DNA of 64,000 nt, taken from positions 1,201,983 through 1,265,982 of the forward strand of contig NW_002060948.1 of NCBI RefSeq assembly GCF_000150275.1. Direction: 5' to 3'. How positions within the stretch are numbered: the stretch's first letter is position 1; the number at the start of each line of letters is the position of its first letter. This document shows positions 1 through 13,300 of the stretch, one piece after another. The position numbers and the translations under genes were made by a program. Source of the DNA: Trichoplax adhaerens (Eukaryota > Animalia > Placozoa). The notes under the pieces are model-generated. The model was not told where the DNA came from. It did no database searches and worked only from the letters and a program-made list of their open reading frames with translations.

Positions 1-224
1 GGAGGGAAAGCCGTCCAAGGCTGGTGATATCCTAATAAGACACCAATGTAACAGTGATTACATACAGAGTAGGATAAAATTAGCAATGCAATCTACTTCA
101 ATAGCGTACAGTGTATAACTACCACTGCAACTGTAAGAAAATGTGGATCAATTAAAGAATAGGGCGCAACTAGTTTTCTATGCGATTTGATGTATAGCAA
201 GGATTGCTGAAGAGAGAGAGAGAG

Positions 225-250
225 ATGCGATCGAGTGTCCTCGATCGCAT
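225..250. repeat. Perfect inverted repeat (11-bp stem, 4-nt loop) next to a (GA)n tract
   Basis: ATGCGATCGAG-TGTC-CTCGATCGCAT; the arms are exact reverse complements. Confidence 0.85.
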
Positions 251-564
251 TAGTGATGCCTGTCGTTGTTTGTCATGTTACGAGTGCTGTAACCGAGTTT
301 TCAAAGGCGGCGCTTTCCAATACAATGAAGAGAACTATTATAGATATTAAGATATTCATCACTACTCCAGGTCAAGGGTGGAATAGATACCATAAAAGTA
401 CTACGTAAAACTTACGCAGAAAGAGCTGAACAATTTACTATTTAATCATTAAGATGAATATTAGCAAGATTACTCTACCTTAAAGAATGAATATTCCAAT
501 CGTTGTACCGGGCAACGTGCTCTTGCGATATGCTGAATGTATGATAGTCGAACTGGAAGCGTAT

Positions 565-1011
565 GCACTGTTTATACAGTATCTACAGCACAGTGTACAG
601 TGTACAGTAAGAGCAGTGGATGATGACATCGTACTGTACTGTACGGTACGACATACTGTACAGTATTGTACAGTACGGTACTGAATGTCATGTCACTTAA
701 TTTGCACTACACTAATGTACGGTGCAGTACGATACTGAATGTCATGTCACTTAAGTTACCCTACATTACTGTACGGTACGTGCGTACAGTATTACGGTAC
801 AGTACTGTACTGCACAATGCACAGTGGAAAAAAATCTTCTTACCTGCACAGTACAGTACGCTACAGCCTCTAATTTTCCACATGGGACAGTACTTAGTAC
901 TGTACTCCATGATGCAACGTTCAAAAGTTTGTGACGCAATATTTGAACAGGGAAACTCGAGCCGTCCTTGGTACTGTACTGTATCGTATAGTGAGTACAG
1001 TACAATACAGT
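565..1011. repeat. Cluster of TACAG/TACTG/TACGG/TACAGTG short motifs
   Basis: Dozens of TACAGTA, TACTGTA and TACGGTA units in mixed orientation; explains the YSTV/CTV-rich spurious ORFs here. Confidence 0.85.
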
Positions 1012-4000
1012 AACAACAAAATGATCTCATCTCTGCGTGCGCTGCGCATCGAACAGGTTGTCATTGAGATGGTGGGAGATTTTTGCCACGACATCTGTTT
1101 TACACATCCTCAAGCAAAGATAGAAGAAGAAAAGCTTCTCTTCTATCCCTTATCACGGACTCACCAATGAATTCAGGAATATACAAATGCTGTAATTCAC
1201 AATTAAGGGACTGTAACGTTGCAGCTGTGAAGGATGAAGACTACTCAATTTTTTCAGCTAAAGAGTAGATTACTACGAGACAAATAGATTACAATGTAGA
1301 TTATTCACCAGAGGCACTGCCAAAGTGGGAGAGCTTTACTAAGCTAATACAGGACAGTAGTAAGGTAGCAATCTATTGCAAGGCTTTTTCGTCATCCTCT
1401 TTACCAATTTCTCTCTACAGTTAACAACAGTTAGTATAATTTCATGACACAACTACTCACTGCCCAATCACTGCTCCATCGCTCGTCACAATTTTATTCA
1501 TTTAATCACTATTAATAGATTAGAAAGTATCCAATTGCACACAGTAAATCACAGCGAGAGTTAGCTCTGCTAAAATGGGTTGCTTTACTCACCATCTACG
1601 AATATGGCAAGGCTTTTTTGTCACTCTAGAGTGCTTTATAATATTAGCTAGCTATGTATTGCAAGGCTTTCTTGTCACCTTGCCAACTTTCTCCTCTCTC
1701 TCTTTACCAGTATATTACAACAACAATCTTACTACAGAATTATTGACTCTAAGCCAGTCTCCGACGGACAGAATACTCGCTATGAGGGAGAAAGGGTATC
1801 CATACTTGCTATGAATATCGAATCGACAGTAGACAGTTCAAAAATTCAACCACTTGTCTATCCATAACTACAAGCCTACTTATGAGTATAACTGTGTATC
1901 TGTACAGTATATTAAAATGGAAAGAAAACGATAGCAGTGGATAACTACGATACTAAATTAACCTTCTAAACTACATTATGATCTACAATATATCAAAACT
2001 GCAAATAAGAACGCACTACAGCATACACCGCATATATAGTACAGTAGGGTAATTACCAACGCGATAGGAGGATATTGGGATCTGAAGTGGTGTAAACACA
2101 TTGACTATGCAATCTATTCTTCATGAGTGCTTGAAGCAGGCAAATGTTGATATAACGCAATACGTTGCCACGACGAATTTTTGCATATCATGAGATAGCT
2201 ATTGAATTGATTAAAATATAGAGCCTAAGGAACAATTACTTTTAATAACGGTAGAAATAAGACAGGTCAAAATTAGAATTGCTAATGGTGTACGTGTATA
2301 GCAACAATCGATTGGCTATGGTCGATTCAAACATTCTACTTATTTATAACTAGTTGATCCTCTTTCATAAGCAATAAAAATAGTTTTCTATATCGATTCC
2401 ATTTGTTTTGCATAGTATAAAGAAATAATAGGAATGGTAGTTATTATTAGAATACAATCTGATCTATCCTAGCGATCCGTAAAATTAACATCTTGTAGGA
2501 TCCAGTACAATAGCTATCTCTTAAAGTGTTGATGATATTCAAAATAGCTATGGGTTTACATATTCATTCTTCTCATCGTCAACACGATTGAAATTAATCA
2601 TAGTCGGAAAGTAAAGTAAAATGTATGGATTGACTTTATCCTCAATTGTTGACTAGGTAGATCAACTATAGGCTAGCCATTCTTCTTCTATCATCAAAAC
2701 AATCAGTGATCAAATTAATTGAAACTCCATCGGATGAATGTATTTTCTTCGTTGTCACCTTGAGGATATTTGCATGAGTTATTGTCTTCCGGCGTGGTGT
2801 AATTAATAGGCAATCAATGGATTATTTTTGATAAAGTTCTGCTTAACCTCCCGCATTCTTTCCAACAGTGGAATATAAAAATGACCGCATGCTCAATAAC
2901 AACAACAGAATACAATTTTAATTCTCTTCTATTTAGGGAGCATAAAAATTGGAGTCATCTTGTTGGCAAATTGTGTGGTAGCCATTTTATTGCATATACC
3001 TAGAATAGAAATAACTGGATCAGTTATGGTAATTAGATATGAACATTAAGCTGGATCAATATTTCATCAAAGACAGAGGTTAATAAACGCTCGAAAATAG
3101 CATTGAAATGCAATTTTGATATCATGCAGTGTAAACAGTATGGCGTAAGCAAGTATACGCGTATTATAAATTATTCTAATGGATAATAACCAGGATCATC
3201 AACAATCGATGACGTGACCATTGAAATAGAAGCCATGATTAGAATACAGACAATAAGGAATTAATTTGCAAGATTGGAACTCGATAACTATCTACTTTAA
3301 ATGTCTTACTATAGCTAATGAGAATGACAATATGATATTATCATGACCATGACGTTTTATTTGTCATTAAGGCATCAATGTAGTCCATACTTTTATAGAA
3401 TGTGTAAAAAGAAGACAATAAGCGCCACACTATCAAATTAAACTCATAGACTGTAGTTGAACTTTTTCTCCTATCTTCACTATAATATTTTTTTGCACTT
3501 CTTCTCCTATGATGATGATGCTCAATTGGCCAATGTAGAGGCAATCGTGATAACTTGTGGATAAAATTACAGACATTCAATCCAAATTATCCAATCAAGA
3601 TCCAAAATTGTTGGTAAATGACATCAACTATTTTCAATTTTATTGTCGATATTGTTGATAATGTGTGGAAACCTTCGTCTTTTTTCTCTCTATAATGATT
3701 GATTAATTCAGCAGGAAGATGATTATTTCCACTATCAACTTAACTTCCTGTTACTGTTTTTCTTTTAAATTTTCTCTCTCTTTTACACGTACAGTAGATC
3801 AATATCTATCAAACTTTACTGGATCTAGTTTGAACAATTTCTTCTTTATTTGTATTGAATTTCGATTATTTTAATGTTATCCAGCAATTAATCGAACTTA
3901 GTGATAACGATTGAACAGTAATAATTGTTATTATTCAACTTAATGAGTCCAATCAAAGATAAAATGGCACTGACTGTGAATTTAATTGCTTCTATAGGCT

Positions 4001-7000
4001 ATCCATCTCCATACTACATTAATAAATAATTTTCTCTACCTGAGAAGTATCTCATTGCAATGTTTTATTAACAGAATCGACACTCAATCAAGGTAACCAA
4101 TCTTATCAACATCATTAACTAGATCGATTAATTGCTAATTGCCTATACTATATTCGGGTATGTTACTGCTGTATACATTTCAATATCAAAGGATTAATAA
4201 TGTTGAAATCGGTAAAAGGATCGCAAAAAATGCTAACGTGCTTTAGATACGATTGGTTATCGAATAAGAAAGCGACATAGACATACACAAGTAATCGTTA
4301 GTAACAGAATTAAAATCATGAATGACAACTTCTTTCTTTCAACATTGTTGTACTTTAATCGACCATAAAAATTTACTTGTAACTGTTTCTTGTGGAAAGA
4401 CGCTTACAAAAAAATTGACCATTACGCTTTTATGCGAAGTATCTTTAACACGAATGGATTGCGGAAATTAAAGTCCATCACAATATCATCAAGATGATGA
4501 TTGACTAATTTCAAATAGAAAGCTTTCCTCGTTAATATAACTCTTAATCAAAATAAGTCGTGACGGATATCTACTCTCAATTTAATTTCATTGCAATACA
4601 GCATATAAATACCATCATCGATATAAGCGCTTTTCCTCCTTAGCAATATAAAATTCTTCATGATATCATTAATTACAAGGCATTCGTAAAAGATTGATAG
4701 CAACTTTTATATAGAACCCCATTCCAAAGAGATTCATTTTCTTTACATCGTCTTTCGTCTAAGGCTTCTTCTTCATGACATTAGTTTTACCTGTATTATG
4801 GATTTTATTCATGATTGCTCTGACTTACATACAAATCAAGATATTCATTATCGGCAGCACTTTCTTCGCCAATTTCTAACTGCAACATGGTGCCTTAATA
4901 GTTATCCATTTTACTTACTGTCCTATAGCTTTGTAAATCAATTTCTTTCTACCAATTGTGATGGCTCCTCACGCCAATGCTTGACTTACATACCCAAAAT
5001 TGATTTCGATCGACAGGCCTAAAGATATGATGATCACAAGAAATCTTTTGTATAAATGAATCATACTCATAAAATAGAGGATAATTTTACAACAATTTTC
5101 CTACATTAATCTAAAATCTTCAATCCTATTTAAGCTCTATTTTCCATGAAATCAAGCAAGTTTATATTGCCCCCTTAGACCTTTCGTATCAAGCTTTTCT
5201 ATATATCATCAAGCACTAATACGATTTCTTTGTCCCTGTCCTATTAAGTATATTCACGATCGAACACTAGCCGCTACATTTCCTTCTTAATCTATTTTTA
5301 TAAGCTCTATTGCTACCTGATTTGTAAATTTTTCTACAAAATGGTAGCGATTTATTTTTATTTTCCTGCCATTTCCCATGATTAATCATGTCAGGAACGA
5401 ATAAATTCGAAAAATGAACATTAACTGCAGTTATATCCAATTAATGACTTTCTTCTATGAGCATGATTAATTTTACTTTGTGTTTCTATTCCTTCTATGG
5501 TAAATTAAATCATAACCGGCTAGTAAAATTGAAAAATCCTTTATTTATAAAATATTCTTGTTGTTTAACTGTCTATCAATCATTTCTCAAATTGTGACCG
5601 GCATTTCTTTTATTTGCATTGACTTTTTCATCGATCATCGATGCTCTACTGTGCATAAATCATATCTCAAAGTTTCTATATCCGGGTATTATTTATTCAC
5701 CATTAACTTTTTATTTTCAGATGAGAATTGACGGACATGTATGATCCTACTAAATTGCTAGTCACTTGAAATCTGTTGATAGATTTAGTTTTCACTATAC
5801 TGTCAAAACGAATAATTCTGACTAACTCTTTCTAGAAAGTAAAAATTCTAGTGCAGAATTACTAGTAAGTCGATGATCTTCATGCAACTTGTTCAATATA
5901 TTGAAATAATATCACGATTCAAGTCGCCTTTGCCATATCCTATTACATAATCTCTGATCATCACCGTTTTTTAGTCTCTAATAAAGTTATTTCATCTCTT
6001 CTTCGCTTTACTCAATTTTTTTCATTCTTTCCGCCATTATTTCTTAGCAGTTCCTTCCATTTTCTATCGCTAATCATTATAACTTTATTATTCGTATGCT
6101 CATTATCACCTAGATCTGCCAATGTTGTGATTTTTCTATTCTACTCTTTAAAGTCGACTATAGTACTGTTAATATATATGCGTATAATACATATAGAAAA
6201 AGGAAACTATCCCTGGGAAGATCGTTTCTTTAGACCTTTTTTAGCAGCTATTCATTCTATTTCCAGGCCATATTTCAGAATTTTCCATCTATCCTTAGAC
6301 CTTAATGTTCATTTGCCTGGATTTCAAATACTTTTTTACTTTTATCAAGTTCGAGCTCATCAATTATAACTGACGACAACAAAGACTGTGCTTAAAGCAT
6401 TTTTATGATAATCTCTACAGTAGAGATTTTTTCTATCTTTACTTAAGAACTCTATCTAATTACACCATAGAAAAATTGCAAGTATTAATTAGATTCATTT
6501 CCGATCATTAAAATATAATTTCTTTTCAAGTGTCTAGATCAATTTTTACTATCGATATATCGTTCATGGACCTTATGACAAAAATGTTTATAGTTCATAA
6601 CGACTTCATCAACATCAATTTTTTACTGACAATCAAAGTCTTTCTTTAATCAAAAAGTCTTAAATTAGTTGTGAAAGTTTCAGAACCGATAAATAGTATA
6701 CTGATAGCGCTTAATTACCTGATTCTCTTTTTAGATTTTATCTTTTATTATTTTTAGGAGTATCTTATCGTGATCTTCTCTTTTCATTTCTTGATTGAGA
6801 GAAGGTGCTAATACCTTTTAATGATGATAAACTAGAGGATAATGATCAATTATGGCTATCTTTTGTCATCTCTTTCAGTAACTAGCATCTTTCTATTAGT
6901 AGTATCTCTGTTCAAATTCACTTTACTACTCTTAACCATTGCAGTTTATGCTATAATACTTCGTAGTAAGTATAAAATTCAAGTGAAGATCAATTTCTGA

Positions 7001-8659
7001 TAATCCATGTTCGATCTCTTTTACCAGTCTCATTTTACCTTTTTGATTACATTTCGTATATGATTTACAGCATAAATCTAAAGAAGATTGTAATAGCAAG
7101 AGTAAATGTTCATAGAAGATTTCGTGCCTACCTTAATTTAAATTCCTTTCTATTCTAATAATGGATATATAGCCTAGTTATAATGACATATTTCCAGAGT
7201 TCGAGTATCCTAATTTGCATGGACACTCTACTATTTGCTATAATCTTCTATCGTTCTCGCTTTAACTCTTAATTTTAACTCATCATTGTTGCTACAAGTA
7301 TCATTCATTCTACCTTCAACAATGTCGTTGTTAACCATTTATTCATACCGTGAATATAATCATCTTGCAATAAATCTAATGGATATTGTGGATACTTTAT
7401 TATTTAAGCAGCTTCAATCATTTTCGAACACTATTATTAGGTTTACTGTCTTACAAAAGATTGCATGCGGTGTAATCTTGTTTTGATTCATTTTTGATTT
7501 TCCTAATCTTCGTTACATTTATCACAGAAATATCTTGATTTATTTTTTACAATATATAAGTATGGCCATTCTATTCATTCAATAGAGTAGTAAATGATAG
7601 GACTTTGTCTTTATCAGTTATTTCCACTTACAGGCCGTAGTAAAGCATTGGATATTTACTTGTAAACTTTATTCCTTCTCTTCTTAAGCCATTCATTGCT
7701 ATTGAATTTTTGAATTTTATTTATAATCCAATATTGTAACCGGTCAGTCGTTTACTTTCTAGAAGAATCATTGTCAATTTATGTATTATGGTTCTCTTTT
7801 CTCTTCCTGTGTAATCTTCGGGGTTTTATCAAATGTGATAATTTCATTAGTCGTTACCATTCTTTCTATTTCTAGAAGAGCTTCAATAATTAACTTAAAA
7901 GTCTAGTGCCCATAACGATTATGCAATTGTTTTTTCCATCTAGTCCATAACATCTTTTCTGTAGAAATTATTTCACACTCCGTGGCGTTAGTAATAAGAT
8001 TAGATTAATTTTCATACGGTTGATAATGAAGTGATTATTAAGAGCAAGTTATAAGGGTCGCATTGCTGTTAGTTCTTTCTATTCAATCAGCTGTGATGGC
8101 CAGTAAAAATAAAGATTCGAGTACCAAGCTAGGCATTTTATGTTAAGTTAAGAAAAGACTTTGTTCATTTCGTAGAGAGTCCAATGTACGTAATGGCGTC
8201 GCTAAAATTAGCTAATGAAAAACGATTTACTTTACTAACATTGTATTTATCCTTTGCTTTATTGAGATTATGCTGATCAATCTTACCAAGCGAATTTAAG
8301 AGAATTCACGTTATAAGCTTAATCAATACAAATAGTTAATAAGGAATTGGCTAAATGAGAAGTGTTTTGCATTGCTAAGATATTTTCTAGCAAAATATAT
8401 TAATAAGGAACAATCTGAGCAAGTAATTAATACTATAATGATTTTATTCTATAAGGAATAACTTATCAGACAGTCTCCATTAGTATCGAGTTGTGTGATG
8501 GATTCCATTAGGTTTTCCATTTCGTCTCATAATCTATACAATGGAAGGGGATGAATAATTAACTTACTAATAAGTTGACATTAATTTTATATATAGTAAC
8601 GTCTTAGTAATTAAATCGATTAGCAACCCTCAATGCACGGATATAGGACAGCCACAATA

Positions 8660-9850
8660 TAAAATTTTTCTGTCAATTATTCTAGTGGTTAAGAAGAATT
8701 GATCGCAGAAGAAATCAGTACCTTACTTTCATCAATTAACATTAAATCCCTTTCTCTTGCTGTCATTATTTCATCCAATCCGACCTACTGAAGTGGACAA
8801 AGTCTTTTCCCCATCGGTTTAATATCAAATCCTTTCCTATCCTGATATCATTTTATTTAATTAAGTCTACTTGGGTCATAACTTTCTATTACCAGTCATT
8901 GCTCTATTCTATCCTATTTTGACATTATTTTCTATTTAGTTCAATCTATTTAGGTTTTCAATACATTCCTATCACGAGTCAATGTGCAAATTTTCTTTCC
9001 ATTCTAATAGCATTCTAATTATTAAATTTCCTATTGCGATTGCTACCTTATTTTTATCTGATAATATCGAATCCCTTTTCTATTTGACATCATTTTTCCA
9101 ATGAAATCTATTTGGGTTTTTGACACCTTTAAAGCATCAGTCATTGCAAATTCTCTTTCTGTCTTGATATAATTTATCCAATTAAATCTATTTGGTTTTT
9201 AGTACCTTGAAATCATCAGTTAACGTCAAATTCCCTTTCCATCCCGATACCGTTCTAACGATTAAAACTTTCATGCGATTAATATTTGCTATTGTCAGTT
9301 AATCACTTTCTATTTTGACATCATCTTTGTCCATTTAGGTCTATTTATTTCTTGAAAACATTCTAACCATTAAATTTTCTAAAGCGATTGCTACCTACCA
9401 ATTCTGACCAAACTCTTTCTATTTTGACACTATTTTATCCTGTCAGGTCTATTTCTATAGAACGCTATTAATAATCAATATCAGACACTAGTGTTCTGCA
9501 TTTGCAGTTTTCTACCCACACATCCACCATCTTATCCAGTCAGATCTTCTTGATGATTAAATATACAGACATCCATTATCTTACTAGTCAGATCTTCTTA
9601 GATCATTGAATACCTTTGCTATCATCAGCTATATCCATCCCGTCAAATCTTTCAAGGTTATTGATACCTTACTAGGATCGGATAATGTCCAATGTTAATA
9701 TCACCCATCTGGTCAAAACTACATTGGTTTCGATATCTTGCTATCATCAGTCAGGTCAAAGCTTTTTCTTTCCAGACTTATGTCTGATAATTTGATCCAA
9801 CCAAGGCTTTCAAGACTATTGATACTTTCCGAGTTACTCAATCGATAGAG
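8660..9850. repeat. Degenerate ~80-bp tandem repeat with apparent ~240-bp higher-order structure
   Basis: Recurring ...aaattc(c/t)ctttct..ttgacatcattttatccaattaa.tctatttgg.ttt...accttt..catcagt... units starting near 8821, 8903, 8988, 9069, 9148, 9228, 9301; boundaries approximate. Confidence 0.65.
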
Positions 9851-10353
9851 TAACTACCAGGTTACATTATATTTAAAACTCTACTACCCAATTTAAATTA
9901 GTTTTTGTCTTAATCGATAATATTCAAACCCTATTGTATTTCATCAAAAGATAAATTTAAATTACTACCACCAGTTAATTTAAATATTTATCCAATAACC
10001 TTTATTGATTTATCATATTATAACGCTCATTGATCCAATCATCAAGTCCATTTAAATCATCACCAGTTACTGGTAGCATTTAAAATTCTATATTAATTAT
10101 TTCAGGTGTATATTAATAGACAAAACGTAGGATAAAAGAATAATTTAGCTGTGATTTTTTTATCCCCCCTTAATAACAAGCTCTATCTTGGAATAATTAG
10201 TTTACCATTTATTAATAGAGTTCTATGCTATGAAAAGGAGATTATTTTCAACTCTTGTCGATGAATTTAAAAAATTTTAACTATCGCCGTTTGATTAATT
10301 TGAGATTCTAAATAAAACTATTGCATGATTGTCATTAGTGTAGCGGCGCCATC

Positions 10354-13300
10354 ATGCCTGGAGAAAGAGAAGATGTTATACCACGTAGTGAATATCTACG
10401 TGTTAAAGAACGTCTTCGACGTAGCGAATCGGAGAAGATGGGTCTCATGATGGATCATTCAAATTTAATGCAAGATATGGATCTTAAATGTTCTCAGCAA
10501 TTACAAGAAATTCAACGATTGCGACAAACCAATGAAAGATTACAGGATGAAAATGAGGAATTGTTAAGTTTATTGAATGCCCAACCGGAAGAAAATGGCC
10601 ATCAACAAAATCATCATTCTAATTCACAATCCAATCAGCAAGATAGTGAGCAATATGCCAACCGCTTGGCTAGCCAGGAAGATAAGATTGACGAGCTCAT
10701 CAATGAAAATCGAATACTAAAAGAAATATGTACCTACTTAGATAATCGTCATCAATCTAACTTATCCAGCTATCCTCCTTTATCTCAAGCAAGTCTTGAT
10801 TTAGCTAATTCATTAGATTTAACATCAATTCCTAAGCGCCATCCTAGTCAAGACAACCATAGTCCATCTCATATCAATTATCCATTGCCGACGCCATCGA
10901 GCTCAATCCAAGTGTCCCATCTTGATCCTCCTCCTCCCTCATCTTCTTCATCATCTTCGTCACAAGAATCAAATGATTCATATGATCAAACCGCTAGTGT
11001 ACCAACAACAAATCATGCCGGTAAGTTTATTCCTTTACTATTTTAATCTTTCAATCAGATTTTTAGCCATTTTTGATCAATATTTATACCATTATATTCA
11101 ATAAAATTGAGCCAATTCTGTAAGTATATCTTATTTGATGACAAGCCGAAATCATGTAACAAAAGAAACCTGCTATTTCGGCACTATCCAGTTCTTGTAA
11201 ATATTCCCACTACTGTATGCAATTTATATTGACATTAAATAGGAATGAACGGTTCTATTAATAACTACTCGTCTGCTAGTCTAGAACAAATCAATCCATT
11301 TTTATAGTATAGATTTACCACTATATAATTCTGTAGAGGCTAAACTATAATTCCACGATTTCTGCCCTAACTTTGCAGCTGTTATTAAAACATAAATCTT
11401 TCCATCATTTCGATAACACAGTAAAATTTAATAATCATAAAAATATATTCCTCTTGACTCAAATTTTACTAAATTATTATATTAGGGTGCTTTTGACAAT
11501 AATAGTATAGGAAAATTAGTCCTTAGACTACTTATTTCAAACTATTCGCATTCATAGAAGAGATGATCATGTGGTATGATTGATTTGATATACTGATTGA
11601 TACGATGATCATTATTAACGCTGTTCACATGCGAAATAGGATAGAATGAAAGAAAAATCATCACTGTTAATCACATGGTCATTATTAAAAAAATTAGCAT
11701 AGTTTTCACTTACTCCCACTGCTACTATAATAAATTAGATATAAGATCAAAATTATAGCAATAGAATTAGGTTAAACAGGAGGTTTTTATATATGCGATT
11801 AAAGGCAGAAAGTCTACTGTCCATATAACCCGCTACCGGCGTACCGCTTTGCCTTATTGATGTCCGAGTACCGACGAAAAGGCTTGTTAATCGTCATGAA
11901 CATATATTGTTTAATTTTAAGTTAATAGCTTTGATCTAAACCGAAGAATGGCTAGCGATATTGATATTGAATTCATCAATATTGCAAGATCAATAGTTAA
12001 TTTAACAAAACATCAATAGCCACATGGCAGCGAACTAGGTTGCCTTGGATCGATGCCAGAAAGGATTGTTCTAAAAACCTTGTTTAGCACTTACTTCAGT
12101 TTTCGTTCAGTCGTTTGTCGTAGTTAAGCAATATCATAAAAAATATTCAACTTTACGCTATTATTTAACAATGATCTTAAGGAAAAATCTTAATTTCATG
12201 GGACTATGTCATAATGGGTTAGTGTTTAAATTATTCAAGAATATACTAAATGCTGGTAGGCGACGCTAATAGCGGATTCATAAAGATTAATGTTTCTGGT
12301 TCCTTTTCATTAATTACAGCATTCAGCATAGACGATCGTATATAATAATGAACACTACAAGAGTCGTAAGCCTTAGAGTCATACAATCTATAAAATGAAC
12401 TTTAAAATTTTCTTAATCAAAATCAACCTCCATTAGTATTATAACTAGTGAGATAGTTGACAATAGATGGAGAGAGAATACTAGTTGCTTTTCTAGTAAA
12501 AAAACTTGTTGCACTAGTGCATGCAATTTATTCCTATTTTAGCCAGCTATTTGTTATCGAAATCTATTTGTCCTGTATTTTTTCATCTTTAAGAAACTTC
12601 AAACCGTTTAAAATTATTCATGTGATTGATAAGAGTAGCTTTATATTTAAAAAAACGCATCGATATATCGTAGATTTTTATCTAAGAATATTCTCTAGAT
12701 ATTCTAAGCCTGATTGTAATGAAGATCCTTAACTTCGACCATTCGATAGGCAATTTACAATTTACTAACATTATTGAGATACGTAAAGGATCTAATACTT
12801 AATCATTTAATTTTTAATACTTCATATAAATCATATTCAAATTTTGGAGATGCGAAATGAAGCAATCGAATAAAATTGTAGAGTTTGTATTTTGTAAATT
12901 TCTGCTGATAGTAAAAATCATCTAAAGAGCCGGTACCTAGTCATGACTATTCCTTTGAAATAGGAATTATATCTATATTTCGTAGTTGGGATAATCAAAA
13001 GTGAGTGGAGTGATAAATTCAGTCCGATATTACTGAAATACTACATAGTGGAAACATGGTTGTATTATTGTATACCATGTTATTGGAATTAACAATTACT
13101 ATACATATTCTACATACCGCATTTCGACATATGATAAAAGTAAGCTTTCTGGATCAACATTTATTCACGAGCGCCCCATAATTATATTTGCATCGTAAAA
13201 TTAGAATAATAAATTACTAATAGGGTGTTAAAATTAAGTCCAATAGTGCAATCATTGCCCTCTTATTAAGGTGTATAAAAGAATTATATTATAATACTTT

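Noticed and set aside
487-1170. Overlapping ORFs rich in Y/S/T/V/C on both strands (also 29386-29634, 31091-31492, 35938-36145)
   Set aside because: They are translations of the TACAG/TACTG clusters, which lack stop codons in some frames; no protein motifs
1167-1364. ORF that would continue past a TAG to a phase-0 donor, suggesting readthrough into CCDC85
   Set aside because: No readthrough context or homology; more simply a 5' UTR exon or chance
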